From Desulfomicrobium sp. (GTDB lineage: Bacteria; Desulfobacterota; Desulfovibrionia; Desulfovibrionales; Desulfomicrobiaceae): a DNA stretch of 64,000 nt. Below, in pieces: positions 10,409-20,495 of the stretch. The notes under the pieces were generated by a model that was not told the origin of the DNA, ran no database searches, and saw nothing but the letters and a program-made list of their open reading frames with translations. Each line of letters starts with the position of its first letter. Positions within the stretch are counted from its first letter, which is position 1. Location of the stretch: NCBI GenBank assembly GCA_040768745.1, contig JAXGMI010000001.1, forward strand, positions 1,838,032 to 1,902,031, read 5' to 3'. A program made the translations under genes and the position numbers.

Positions 10409-10614
10409 TCAGCCTGGCCGGTCGCGATATCCTGCATTCCTGGGGCAAGTTCGTGTTCACCGGCATGGGCCTTGGCCCCCTGATCGGTGTGGCCAAGGCC
10501 GCCAACGTGACTTACTTGACCATGTAGGTCCGCCACGCCGGAGGAGACGTGCGGGCCATGGTGGTCGGCGTGGTTCCCGGCGGTCCGGGCGATCCCGGGC
10601 CGTTGTTTGAATAG
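10405..10614 (+). pseudogene. ABC (FtsX/MacB-type) permease remnant
   Basis: MISLAGRDILHSWGKFVFTGMGLG...AANVTYLTM*VRHAGGDVRAMVVG; in-frame TAG at 10525, then truncated. Confidence 0.7.
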
Positions 10615-10627
10615 AGAAGGAGAGAGC

Positions 10628-11218
10628 ATGAAAGACCAATGCGGACTGATGGACCTGACCGAGGACGACGTCCTCGACGCCATGCGCTCCATGCAGGGCT
10701 TCGTGGACATAACGCCGGGGACGTTTCGGGAGATTTACGCGCTGGCCTATGATCTGGCCCTGAAGCGCGTGCGCTCCCAGGGCAAGGCCGAGGACATCAT
10801 GACCGCGCCCGTGCACTGCCTGCGGAAGGGCATGAGCGCCTCGGAAGCCGCCGCGCTCATGGCCGGGCTCGGCATCAGCGGCGCGCCCGTGCTCGACGGG
10901 GAGGGCCGGATCTGCGGGGTGGTTTCGGAAAAGGATTATCTGCGCAAAATGGGCCTGCCCGGCACGGCGTCATTCATGACCGTGGTCTCCACCTGCCTGA
11001 GCACCCCGGGGTGCATGGTCGCGGACCTGCGAGGGCTGCTGGTGGGCGACATCATGAGCTCCCCGCCCGTGGTTGCTTCCCGCGAGACGCCGGTGGCCGA
11101 GCTTTCGGAGATGCTGGCCAGGCATTGCATCAACCGCCTGCCCATCTGCGACGACGAGGGCTGCCCGGTGGGCATCGTGACCAGGACAGATCTCGTTGGC
11201 TCCATGCGCGGGAGGTAG
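10628..11218 (+). CDS. CBS-pair protein
   Basis: DIMTAPV...ISGAPVLD...GVVSEKD and DIMSSPP...INRLPI...GIVTRTDL. Confidence 0.88.
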   Translation: MKDQCGLMDLTEDDVLDAMRSMQGFVDITPGTFREIYALAYDLALKRVRSQGKAEDIMTAPVHCLRKGMSASEAAALMAGLGISGAPVLDGEGRICGVVSEKDYLRKMGLPGTASFMTVVSTCLSTPGCMVADLRGLLVGDIMSSPPVVASRETPVAELSEMLARHCINRLPICDDEGCPVGIVTRTDLVGSMRGR

Positions 11219-11221
11219 GCT

Positions 11222-11758
11222 GTGGACTATTTCAAGAAAATGCGCGGCACAACCCAGAGTCCGCCCCGGGTCCGGGTTGTCGAGATTGTCTGGTCCTGGA
11301 TAGGTGCCTTTCTGGGCATTGCCCTGGTGGGCCTCATGGGGTCCGCCTTTGTCGACCGGCTGGGCCAGGGCCTCCTGATCGGTTCCTTCGGCGCCACGGC
11401 TGTCCTCGTCTACGGGGCTGTGCGCAGCCCCCTGGCCCAGCCGCGAAATGTGCTCGGAGGTCATGTTCTTTCCGCCTTGATCGGCGTATGCACGCAGCAG
11501 GTCCTGGGGCACGTGCCGTGGCTGGCCGCAGCGGTCGCGGTCTCCACTGCCATTGCGGCCATGCACGCGAGCAGGACACTGCATCCTCCGGGAGGAGCCA
11601 CGGCCCTCATCGCCGTCATTGGCGGGGAGTCTGTGCACAGGCTGGGCTTTTTCTACGCCCTGGCTCCGGTGGGACTGGGAGCGTCCATGCTCCTCGCCGT
11701 CGCCGTACTGGTCAACAACCTGCCGAAAAGCAGGCGGTATCCGGAATTCTGGTTTTGA
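11222..11758 (+). CDS. HPP family membrane protein
   Basis: SFGATAVL, SPLAQPRN and HPPGGATAL motifs. Confidence 0.9.
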   Translation: MDYFKKMRGTTQSPPRVRVVEIVWSWIGAFLGIALVGLMGSAFVDRLGQGLLIGSFGATAVLVYGAVRSPLAQPRNVLGGHVLSALIGVCTQQVLGHVPWLAAAVAVSTAIAAMHASRTLHPPGGATALIAVIGGESVHRLGFFYALAPVGLGASMLLAVAVLVNNLPKSRRYPEFWF

Positions 11759-11848
11759 TCGCCATTGGTGAAACATCATTTGCACCCTGGTCAGCCGCGT
11801 CTGATCACTAACCGGCCACGGTCTGTCATGGCCACAAAAGGAGGCTCT

Positions 11849-13510
11849 ATGTTCTGTTTTCAGTGTCAGGAAACGGCCAAAAATACTGGCTGCACGGTCA
11901 AGGGCATGTGCGGCAAGCCGGAAGAGACCGCCAACCTGCAGGATTTGCTGATCTTCGTTCTGCGCGGCATCGCCGTGTACGGCGAACGCCTGAAGGAACT
12001 GGGGAGTCCGGACCGCTCCAACGACGACTTCGTGCTGCAGGGCCTGTTCGCCACCATCACCAACGCCAACTGGGACGACGCCCGCTTCACGGCCATGATC
12101 CAGGACGGCCTGGCCCGCCGGGACAGGCTCAGAAGCGCCTTTCTGGCCGCCTACAAGGCCAAGCACGGCAAGGACTTCAGCGAGCCCCTGCCTGACGCAG
12201 CGACCTGGAGCGGATCGTCGGCGACCTTCGCCGACAAGGCCAAGGCCGTCGGTATCCTGGCCACGGAGAACGAGGACGTGCGCTCCCTGCGCGAGTTCCT
12301 CATCATCGGCCTGAAGGGCATCGCGGCCTACGCCGAGCACGCCGCGGTGCTGGGCTTCCGCAAGCCCGAGATCGACGACTTCATGCTGGAGGCCCTGGCT
12401 TCGACGACCAAGAATCTGTCCGTGGACGAGATGGTCGGCCTGGTCATGAAGGCCGGACAGGTCGCGGTGACGACCATGGCCCTGCTGGACGAGGCCAACA
12501 CGAAGACCTATGGCCATCCCGAGATGACCCAGGTCAACATCGGCGCGGGCACGAACCCCGGCATCCTCATCAGCGGCCATGACCTCAAGGACATGGAAGA
12601 GCTCCTGAAGCAGACCGAGGGCACGGGCGTGGACGTCTACACCCACGGCGAGATGCTTCCGGCCAACTACTATCCGGCCTTCAAGAAGTACAAACACTTC
12701 ATCGGCAACTACGGCGGTTCCTGGTGGCACCAGAACCCCGAGTTCGAGGCGTTCAACGGCCCCATCCTGTTGACCACCAACTGTCTGGTGCCGCTCAAAA
12801 AAGAGAACACCTATCTGGACCGCCTCTACACCACGGGCGTGGTGGGCTACGAGGGCGCCAAGCACATCCCGGAACGTCCTGCGGGCGGGGCCAAGGACTT
12901 CTCGGCCATGATCGCCCAGGCCAAGAAATGCGCGCCGCCCACGGAACTGGAAAAGGGGACCATCGTCGGCGGCTTCGCCCACCATCAGGTCATGGCCCTG
13001 GCCGACAAGGTGGTGGAGGCAGTCAAGTCCGGCGCCATCAAGCGCTTCGTGGTCATGGCCGGCTGTGACGGGCGGCAGAAGGCCAGGAGCTACTACACCG
13101 AGGTGGCCGAGGCCCTGCCCAAGGACACGGTCATCCTCACGGCCGGGTGCGCCAAGTACCGCTACAACAAGCTGAACCTCGGCGACATCGGCGGCATCCC
13201 GCGGGTGCTGGACGCCGGGCAGTGCAACGACTCCTACTCCCTGGCCGTCATCGCCCTGAAGCTCAAAGAGGTCTTCGGTCTCGACGACATCAACAAGCTG
13301 CCCGTGTCCTACGACATCGCCTGGTACGAGCAGAAGGCCGTGGCAGTGCTCCTGGCCCTCCTGTTTCTCGGCGTGAAGGGCATTCGCCTCGGCCCCACCC
13401 TGCCGGGTTTCCTGTCCCCGGCCGTGGCCAAGGTCGTGGTCGAGAAGTTCGACCTGAAGCCCATCGGCACGGTGCAGGACGACATCGCGGCCATGATGGC
13501 CGGCAAGTAG
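11849..13510 (+). CDS. hcp: Hybrid cluster protein (hydroxylamine/NO reductase)
   Basis: MFCFQCQET...GC...GMCGK, SGHDL, YTHGEM, GCDG, GQCND, WYEQKAV; SD AGGAGG. Confidence 0.97.
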   Translation: MFCFQCQETAKNTGCTVKGMCGKPEETANLQDLLIFVLRGIAVYGERLKELGSPDRSNDDFVLQGLFATITNANWDDARFTAMIQDGLARRDRLRSAFLAAYKAKHGKDFSEPLPDAATWSGSSATFADKAKAVGILATENEDVRSLREFLIIGLKGIAAYAEHAAVLGFRKPEIDDFMLEALASTTKNLSVDEMVGLVMKAGQVAVTTMALLDEANTKTYGHPEMTQVNIGAGTNPGILISGHDLKDMEELLKQTEGTGVDVYTHGEMLPANYYPAFKKYKHFIGNYGGSWWHQNPEFEAFNGPILLTTNCLVPLKKENTYLDRLYTTGVVGYEGAKHIPERPAGGAKDFSAMIAQAKKCAPPTELEKGTIVGGFAHHQVMALADKVVEAVKSGAIKRFVVMAGCDGRQKARSYYTEVAEALPKDTVILTAGCAKYRYNKLNLGDIGGIPRVLDAGQCNDSYSLAVIALKLKEVFGLDDINKLPVSYDIAWYEQKAVAVLLALLFLGVKGIRLGPTLPGFLSPAVAKVVVEKFDLKPIGTVQDDIAAMMAGK

Positions 13511-13644
13511 ATAAAGGGGGGCTTCTTTCCTTCTGGCCTGCATGTCACATGTCCATGTCTGCCGGGCCGGTTCGTGAATGAGGATAATCGGGAAAGGAAC
13601 GGAGGGCCGGAGACGACCGGTCCTCCGAAGTTTCCGGGAGTGGC

Positions 13645-13998
13645 ATGAGGATCATGACCAAAAGAGTGTACGACCCGATCGGGGAAGATGGCGTACGTAT
13701 ATTGGTGGACAGGCTCTGGCCGAGAGGGCTGAGCAGGGAAGGGCTGCGGGGTCTGTGGTTGAAGGATGCGGCGCCCAGTTCCGACTTGCGTACATGGTTC
13801 AGACACGAACCTGACAAATGGCCCGAATTCAGGAGGCGGTATTTCTCCGAACTGGACGCCCGGCCGCTGGTTGTGCAGCGCATTGCGGCATTGGCCAAGG
13901 AGGGACCGGTCACTCTTCTGTATGCCAGTCGTGATCGGGAGCGGAACCAGGCCGTGGCGCTGCGTGACTACCTTGAAGGGTTGTGCAATGGAACATGA
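13645..13998 (+). CDS. DUF488 (YeaO-like) protein
   Basis: KRVYD...DGVRILVDRLWPRG...APSSDLRTWF. Confidence 0.88.
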   Translation: MRIMTKRVYDPIGEDGVRILVDRLWPRGLSREGLRGLWLKDAAPSSDLRTWFRHEPDKWPEFRRRYFSELDARPLVVQRIAALAKEGPVTLLYASRDRERNQAVALRDYLEGLCNGT

Positions 13999-14239
13999 GC
14001 AATGGAGTGCCCGGCACGGTGCTGTACCCGTGAAAGAAGATCTGCCATGCGCGACACCTCGATCCTGCTCGATACGGAATTTTCGGAAAGTCTGAAGAGC
14101 CGGAAAAAAAAGGCATCAGCTCAGCATACACGTCCCTTTGTGTCCTGGAACAGGGAGACGCACGGGGAGAGGACCGGATTGAACGGGACGAACGTCACGT
14201 CTTGACAATGCCTGTGCCTCCGTGCTCCCCACAACGGTC

Positions 14240-15229
14240 ATGCACCCCTTTGTCTCTTCTCTTTCAGTACGCGGAAGATTGGCCCCCAGCCCCACGGGTC
14301 ATCTGCATCTGGGCAACGCTTGGTCATTTCTCTTATGCTGGCTGGCCGTGCGCTCCCAAGGTGGGCGCGTGGTGCTGCGCCTGGAGGACATCGATCCGGA
14401 CCGGGCCCGGCCCACGTACGCCTCAACCATCATGCGCGACCTGTCCTGGTTGGGATTGGATTGGGACGAAGGCCCGGACCTTGGTGGTCCTTCCGGGCCC
14501 TACACCCAGAGCGAGCGTTTGGATCGCTACGCCGAGGTCATGGAGATTCTGTCCCGCCAGGGCCGGACCTATCCCTGCTACTGTACGCGCAGGGAACTCA
14601 AGTCCATGGCTTCGGCCCCCCACGCCGGGGATGTGGGGCCCATTTATCCCGGGACCTGCCTGCATCTTTCCGCGGCGCAGCGCGCCGAACGTGAAGCCGC
14701 GGGGCGCGCGCCTGCCGTGCGTCTGCACGGCGGCGGCACGACGTCATTTTACGACCTGATTCAAGGGGCTGTGCGGCTGGGTTGGGAGGAATGCGGCGGG
14801 GACTTTCCCCTGCAACGGTCCGACGGGGTGATCTCCTACCAATTGGCCGTGGCTGTGGACGACCTGGACCAGGGCATCAGCCTGGTCGTGCGCGGGGCCG
14901 ACATCCTGTCCAGCACTCCGCGTCAGATGGTGCTGTTTCGCCTGTTGGGAGGGACTGTCCCGCAGTACGCGCACGTGCCTCTGGTCCTGGACCATCACGG
15001 GGAACGACTGGCCAAGCGGCATCAATCCATGGAATTGCGCGCCCTGAGGGAGCAGGGAATCTCACCCAGGGCAGTGGCCGGGTACCTCGCCGACCTGGCC
15101 GGGCTTCTCCCCCAGGCCGGGCCGGCGACTCCGGCCGAACTCCTCCCTTTCTTTTCCTGGGAACGCATTCCACGCCATCCGGTGTTCCTGCCGCCACAGA
15201 TCATGACCCTGCTGGCTGATCTCTCCTAG
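14240..15229 (+). CDS. gluQ: Glutamyl-Q tRNA(Asp) synthetase
   Basis: GRLAPSPTGHLHLGN, LRLEDID, YPCYCTR, VVRGAD, LAKR; short, lacks anticodon domain. Confidence 0.88.
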   Translation: MHPFVSSLSVRGRLAPSPTGHLHLGNAWSFLLCWLAVRSQGGRVVLRLEDIDPDRARPTYASTIMRDLSWLGLDWDEGPDLGGPSGPYTQSERLDRYAEVMEILSRQGRTYPCYCTRRELKSMASAPHAGDVGPIYPGTCLHLSAAQRAEREAAGRAPAVRLHGGGTTSFYDLIQGAVRLGWEECGGDFPLQRSDGVISYQLAVAVDDLDQGISLVVRGADILSSTPRQMVLFRLLGGTVPQYAHVPLVLDHHGERLAKRHQSMELRALREQGISPRAVAGYLADLAGLLPQAGPATPAELLPFFSWERIPRHPVFLPPQIMTLLADLS

Positions 15230-15241
15230 CCCAACACCTGT

Positions 15242-16024
15242 TCAACGATTTTTTTCCAGCCGGTCCAGCAGGCGCAGGTATCCGTCCAGAATGGTGAGGG
15301 GATGCGGCGGACAGCCAGGGATGTGGAGGTCGATGGGCACGATGGATCCCGCCCCGTCGTTGGTCTGGGCGTGTCCGGCAAAGGGTCCCCCGCTGATGGC
15401 GCAGGCGCCCACGGCGATGGCGATGCGCGGCTCGGGCACGGCCTCCCATGTCTTGCGCAGAGCCAGTTCCATGCCCTTGGACACGGGTCCGGTGATGAGC
15501 ACGCCATCGGCATGCCGGGGGGAGGCCACATACTGGATGCCGAATCTGCTCAGGTCCCAGCCGATGGTCCCCAGCACGTTGATGTCCGCCTCGCACGCTC
15601 CGCATCCTCCCGCGCTGACCTGCCGCAGGCGCAGAGACCTGCCGAACAGGCGTCGCATCTTTTCGTCCAGTGCTTCGGCCAGCCGCATTTCCGTCTGTGC
15701 GGGGCTGAGGACCAGATCCTCCCTGCGTCTGGCTGCCAGGCGGTGGTCGTTGGTCTGCTGGATGGCCCCCTGGGGGCAGGCCGTGACGCAGTCCGCACAG
15801 AACAGGCAGCGGCCCAGATCCAGGCGGAGTTGACCGTTGGATCTGACGATGGCCTGACTCGGGCAGACCTCCACGCACAACGCGCATGTTGCGGAACATT
15901 TCGACGGATCCAGGCGCAAGGCCCCGCCGTGGCGGTCGGGCAGATCCGGGGCCGGGCCCTTGGGAAATGCCATGGTCATGCAGCCGCGTTTGAGACGATT
16001 GGTCAACGTATCGAAAATATACAT
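15242..16024 (-). CDS. Ehr/Hyf small subunit (ferredoxin domain + NuoB-like)
   Basis: CxxCxxxCP ferredoxin motifs; GGCGACE, ASPRHAD, GACA, PGCPP. Confidence 0.88.
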   Translation of the reverse strand: MYIFDTLTNRLKRGCMTMAFPKGPAPDLPDRHGGALRLDPSKCSATCALCVEVCPSQAIVRSNGQLRLDLGRCLFCADCVTACPQGAIQQTNDHRLAARRREDLVLSPAQTEMRLAEALDEKMRRLFGRSLRLRQVSAGGCGACEADINVLGTIGWDLSRFGIQYVASPRHADGVLITGPVSKGMELALRKTWEAVPEPRIAIAVGACAISGGPFAGHAQTNDGAGSIVPIDLHIPGCPPHPLTILDGYLRLLDRLEKNR

Positions 16025-16034
16025 GAACGGTCTC

Positions 16035-17516
16035 CTAGAGGTCGAAGCCGCAATAGGACAGAGTGAAGCTCTTGTTGCAGAGCGGGAAGTCCGAGATGGC
16101 CGTACCGCGCAAGGACAGGGCCAGACCGGTCCAGTTGTGGAACGAGGGGTCCGTGATCTTGTAGCGCCGGAACCGACCGCTGTGGTCAGTCAGGGCGGCG
16201 TGACAGACTTCCCCTCGCCACCCTTCCACCAGGGCCGCGGTCAGGGATTCGGGCGCTGGGACAGGGGCTGGTGCGAGGATGTCTCCGTCCACTGGCCCGT
16301 CGAGCTGTTCCAGCAGGTAACGGCCAGACCGCTGAATTTCCAGGGATTTGACCCGGGCGCGGGCTAAAATGTCCCCGCTGGGCCAGACCGCGACAGGAGC
16401 CTGGGAGAATCGGTGCCATCCGGCCGGGTGGTCGTAGCGCACATCCCTGACCAGCCCGCTGGCCCTCGCGGCCGGCCCGACCAGACCGATGTCCGAGGCC
16501 TGGGACGTATGCACGACCCCCACGTTAAGGAAGCGGACCCGGACCGAGGCCGCGTCCCAGAACCAAGCCGTGGCCTGCTCCACGTCGGCCAGATGGGTCT
16601 CAAGCCTGGCTTTCAGGGTCTGCAGCCGCTGGGGATCCAGATCATGCCGGCATCCGCCTGGGCGGATCAATCCGCGGCCAAACCGGTTTCCACACATGAG
16701 GGCCGTCAGGTTCAGAAAATCGCCCCGGATCTTGCCGCAGGCAGACATGGTCGGCAGAAAGGCCACGTCTCCGGCCAGGGCTCCCATGTCGCCAGTGTGG
16801 TTGGCCAGGCGTTCCAGTTCCAGGGCCAGGGCGCGCAGCCATTGGGCCCTGAGGGGGGCCTCGATTCCGGCCAGGGACTCCATGACCATGGCATGGGCTG
16901 TGGCGTGGGCAATGGTCGCGTCCCCGGAAACAGTCTCCATCTGACTCATGGTGGCCCGGTGCGGACCGCCGCCCATGTGCTCCTCGACGCCCCGGTGCTG
17001 GTAGCCCAGGGCGATCTCCAGGTGCAAAACTTCCTCCCCCTGGCACTGGAAGCGGAAATGGCCAGGTTCGATGACACCGGCGTGAACCGGGCCCACGGCC
17101 ACCTCATGCACTTCGCCCCCGTCAACGCGGAAAAAGGGGGCGTTGGCCGGGGCCGTCCCGTTGGCATGGCGCACGGGCTTGATCCAGGGGTGTCCCAGGG
17201 GCACCAGCCCGTGCTGTTCCCAGACCTCGCGCTCAAAAAGGTGGGCCTGGGGATATCTGGGGGTCAGGGATGGGTAGGATCCGCTGATGGGTTCGCTGCG
17301 GGCCACCCCCAGGACGCTTTCGGAATCCATGGCCAGAATTGCGACCAGGCATGTTTCCTCGTGATCCTGAACCCCGAACCAGGAGCAGATGCGGGCTCCC
17401 CGGTCCAGGAGTTCGCCCGTGACCCGGACCAGCTTGGTGATGGAGAAAACCGGCACTGCCGGCCAGGAGACGCTAGATCCGTTGGGGAAGATGAAAAATG
17501 GGGCAAGTGTGTTCAT
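16035..17516 (-). CDS. Ehr/HyfG-like large subunit (NuoC/D fold) lacking NiFe cysteine motifs
   Basis: VGPVHAGVIEPGHFRF, GYQHRG, ELERLANH, VEGWRGE, DPSFHNW; C-terminus DFPLCNKSFTLSYCGFDL. Confidence 0.88.
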   Translation of the reverse strand: MNTLAPFFIFPNGSSVSWPAVPVFSITKLVRVTGELLDRGARICSWFGVQDHEETCLVAILAMDSESVLGVARSEPISGSYPSLTPRYPQAHLFEREVWEQHGLVPLGHPWIKPVRHANGTAPANAPFFRVDGGEVHEVAVGPVHAGVIEPGHFRFQCQGEEVLHLEIALGYQHRGVEEHMGGGPHRATMSQMETVSGDATIAHATAHAMVMESLAGIEAPLRAQWLRALALELERLANHTGDMGALAGDVAFLPTMSACGKIRGDFLNLTALMCGNRFGRGLIRPGGCRHDLDPQRLQTLKARLETHLADVEQATAWFWDAASVRVRFLNVGVVHTSQASDIGLVGPAARASGLVRDVRYDHPAGWHRFSQAPVAVWPSGDILARARVKSLEIQRSGRYLLEQLDGPVDGDILAPAPVPAPESLTAALVEGWRGEVCHAALTDHSGRFRRYKITDPSFHNWTGLALSLRGTAISDFPLCNKSFTLSYCGFDL

Positions 17517-18949
17517 GGCTGTGCAAAGAGTTGGAGAAGAGCTGCGGACCATGCGTCCCGAAGGACCTGAGGGGTGAACAGTCCGAGCCAGAGGGAGGCC
17601 ACAAGCAGGGCAAGGGACGGCGCGATGATGCCGGCCGTCTCCTTGAGATGAATGCGTTCGGGGTTTTTCAGGCGGGGCCGGCCGTCAACGACGGCAAACA
17701 CGATGCGGGACAATCCCAGGAAGGCCAGCAGCAGGCAGAAAAGAAAGAGGCCGATGGCCCAGCCCTGGCCCGCGCCCAGGCCCACCCGGATGATGAGCAG
17801 CTCGCTGAAGAAAGGGGCAAAGGGTGGGCAGGCCGTGATGGCGAACATGCCGGCCACGAAGATGCGCGATGATCGGGGCAGAATCAAGGACATGCCCCGG
17901 ACGTCATCCATGGAGGAGGATTTGGCGGCTCGCTGCAGGTTGGCGGCGCTGAGGAACAGGGCGCCTTTGGTCAGACCGTTGCTCCAGATATGGAAGAGCG
18001 CGGCCCACGCGCCCGGCGCCCCAAAGGACGCAGCGATGCTCAGGATGCCCATGTGTTCGATGCTGGAGTAGGCAAGCATGCGCTTGAAGTCTCGCGTGCG
18101 GAGCAGGAACAGGGCCGCCACCAGGGTGGAGAAGAGGCCGAGGCCGAGCAGGGTGCGGGACGCGAAAACCGATTCTCCGGCCGCGTCGATGACGGACTTT
18201 ATGCGCAGCAGAGCCATGAAGGCCACGGAGGTCACTCCACCGGCCAGAATGGCGCCGACTATGCCCGGGCTCTCTCCATACGCGTCGGGCTTCCAGGTGT
18301 GCATGGGAGCAAGGCCCATCTTGGTACCGTAGCCGACGAGGAGAAGAACCCAGGCCGCCAGGACCCAGACTTTGGACAGCAGGGGACCGTGTTCGAGAAG
18401 GGCCGTGAAGGTGATATCTCCGGATCCTCCGCCATGGAGGGACGCGTAGCCCAGGCAGATGGAGCCGAGCAGGGACAGGGCGATGCCGGTGCCCCCGACG
18501 AGGAGATATTTCCAGGTGGCCTCGAAGGCCCGGGGTGTACCCAGGAAATGGATCAAGGGCACGGCGGCCAAAGTCACGGCCTCCGTGGCGATCCACAGGA
18601 TGCCAAGGTGCCGGGCCTGGTGCCCGGCGCTCAAGAGTCCCAGCACCAGGAGCAGTGCTGCCACGAAGACCCGGTTGTCCTGGGGATGCAGGCGCAGGTA
18701 GCTGACGGCGTAGACCGCGCAGGCCAGGAAGAGGAGGGACACGCCTGGCAGGATGGCCCGGGCCAGGGGGTCGAACGCCAGCCATGCGGCAGGGTCGAAG
18801 CCCGGGGGCCGAGTTAGAAACCAGAATGCCAGCAGGGTGTGGGCCAGGGCGAACACGGGCAGAAACAGGGGTCGGGTGCGATTGCTCGGCCACAAGGCCG
18901 AGAGGATGGCCCCCAGGAAGGGAATGAGGATGAGCAATAGGGATTTCAT
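17513..18949 (-). CDS. hyfF: HyfF-like proton-translocating antiporter subunit
   Basis: EATWKY, GYGTKMGLAPMHTWKPDAY, KRMLAYSSIEH. Confidence 0.85.
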   Translation of the reverse strand: MKSLLLILIPFLGAILSALWPSNRTRPLFLPVFALAHTLLAFWFLTRPPGFDPAAWLAFDPLARAILPGVSLLFLACAVYAVSYLRLHPQDNRVFVAALLLVLGLLSAGHQARHLGILWIATEAVTLAAVPLIHFLGTPRAFEATWKYLLVGGTGIALSLLGSICLGYASLHGGGSGDITFTALLEHGPLLSKVWVLAAWVLLLVGYGTKMGLAPMHTWKPDAYGESPGIVGAILAGGVTSVAFMALLRIKSVIDAAGESVFASRTLLGLGLFSTLVAALFLLRTRDFKRMLAYSSIEHMGILSIAASFGAPGAWAALFHIWSNGLTKGALFLSAANLQRAAKSSSMDDVRGMSLILPRSSRIFVAGMFAITACPPFAPFFSELLIIRVGLGAGQGWAIGLFLFCLLLAFLGLSRIVFAVVDGRPRLKNPERIHLKETAGIIAPSLALLVASLWLGLFTPQVLRDAWSAALLQLFAQP

Positions 18950-19590
18950 TCGTGCAGTGCCGTGAGTTTGCGGGTGTCAAGGGAATCGAAGGCCCTCTGG
19001 ATGCGATCGACAATGATGCCGATGATGAAGATGCCGACCGTGACGTCCAGAAGGATGCCGAATTCAACCAGCATGGGGGTCGCGTGGATGAGCAGCAGTC
19101 CGAAGAGGTAGATCCCATTTTCCAGAATGAGGTAGCCGCAAACCTGGGAAATGGCCTTGGTCCTGCCGATGAGCAGGATGAATCCGGTCAGGATGAGGGC
19201 AATGGCCCCCGGCACGAGCAGGGATCCGACATGCTCAGGAAAAAGGGGCAGATGCTGGGCAATGACCACGGCGGCGATGGTCGCGGCTGCACCCAGAAGG
19301 AGCGAAGAGATATAGCCGATGAAGGGCTCCAGCTCACGGGCGATGTTGGCCGTGCGCATGGCCCTGTGCAGCAGGGTGGGAATGATGAATCCCTTGCCGG
19401 CTACGGTGGCGATGGTGATGAACACGAGCTGCCAGTCCATGGCCCCGTGTTCGAGCAGGAGGGGCAACAGTCCGAGCAGGACGCCCTGGGCGGCCACGGC
19501 CCGGATCAGCAGGCGCAGTCGGCTGGTGCCCAGGGCCAGCAGGTTGAGACCCACGGCCAGCCCAGTGAGAAGATTGAGGATTTCATTCAT
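18946..19590 (-). CDS. hyfE: HyfE-like membrane subunit
   Basis: GYLILENGI, VEFGILLD; hydrophobic; 4-nt overlaps with neighbours. Confidence 0.82.
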   Translation of the reverse strand: MNEILNLLTGLAVGLNLLALGTSRLRLLIRAVAAQGVLLGLLPLLLEHGAMDWQLVFITIATVAGKGFIIPTLLHRAMRTANIARELEPFIGYISSLLLGAAATIAAVVIAQHLPLFPEHVGSLLVPGAIALILTGFILLIGRTKAISQVCGYLILENGIYLFGLLLIHATPMLVEFGILLDVTVGIFIIGIIVDRIQRAFDSLDTRKLTALHE

Positions 19591-20495
19591 AAGACACCTT
19601 CCATCCACGTCAGGAGCAAGGGAAAGAGGCAAAACAGGAAGCCGATGGTCAGCAGGAGAGGCACCCTCCGGAAGGCCAAACGGGCCGTCAGGGATTCGAC
19701 CAGGCCCACGGCCACCACGACCAGCACAATGCCGCCGGCCATGGCGGCCAGCGAAAGGCCGAGAGGCATGTGAGCCAAAGGCAGCACGGCCTGGACCAGC
19801 AGTGCGGAGAACAGCATCATTTTGACGGCGGCCCCGTGCAGAATCAGGGCGAAAGGAGGGCCGCTGTGATCCAGAACCATGACCTCGTGGATCATGGTCA
19901 GCTCCAGGTGGGTATTCGGATCGTCGAAGGGGACCCGGCAGTTTTCAGCCAGCAGGATGATGAACAGCCCTACGGCCAACAGGGCCGCTCCGGGTCCGGG
20001 CGGGGGGGTGAACATGGAGGCCAAGGAGATGCTGCCGGACTCCAGGGCCAGGGTCAGAATGGCGGTGATGATGCCGATTTCGGCCAGGACAGCAAAGCTC
20101 ACTTCCCGGGCTGCGCCCATGCCCTCGAAGGCAGAGCCGGTCTCCATGGCTCCCCAGGCCGTGCTGAAACGGGCCAGGGCCAGGAGATAGACCAGCAGGA
20201 GCACGTCGCCGTCAAAGGAAAAAATGCACCCGGCGCGCCCCAGGGGCATGAGCATGGCCGCCGCCACCACGGCCACCCAGGCCACGGCCGGGGCAATCAG
20301 AAATCCAGGCGAGGCCAGGGTGCTCATGACCACGCCCTTGCGCCACAGCCGGGCCAAGTCAAAGTAGAGCTGCAGCACTGGCGGGCCCTGACGGCAGGCC
20401 ACCCAGGCCTTGACCTTGTTGATGATACCCGGAAGCAAGGGGGCCAGGACCAGCCAGACCAGAAGACGTGCGAGAATGTCGAGGGCCTCCATCAC
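19587..20495 (-). CDS. hyfC: HyfC/NuoH-like membrane subunit
   Basis: RQGPPVLQ, FEGMGAARE, ENCRVPFDDPNTHLELTMIHE. Confidence 0.85.
   Translation of the reverse strand: MMEALDILARLLVWLVLAPLLPGIINKVKAWVACRQGPPVLQLYFDLARLWRKGVVMSTLASPGFLIAPAVAWVAVVAAAMLMPLGRAGCIFSFDGDVLLLVYLLALARFSTAWGAMETGSAFEGMGAAREVSFAVLAEIGIITAILTLALESGSISLASMFTPPPGPGAALLAVGLFIILLAENCRVPFDDPNTHLELTMIHEVMVLDHSGPPFALILHGAAVKMMLFSALLVQAVLPLAHMPLGLSLAAMAGGIVLVVVAVGLVESLTARLAFRRVPLLLTIGFLFCLFPLLLTWMEGVL

Noticed and set aside
11759..11848. Possible HcpR site before hcp (TGGTCAG-N6-CTGATCA)
   Set aside because: Imperfect and does not match the Crp-like HcpR consensus; may be chance
7185..13543. Long antisense ORFs (590 aa at 7185-8957; 857 aa at 10970-13543) and similar ones elsewhere
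   Set aside because: Shadow frames of high-GC3 genes nrfA and hcp; no motifs
14002..14205. Small ORF between DUF488 and gluQ
   Set aside because: No motif or good SD; insufficient evidence
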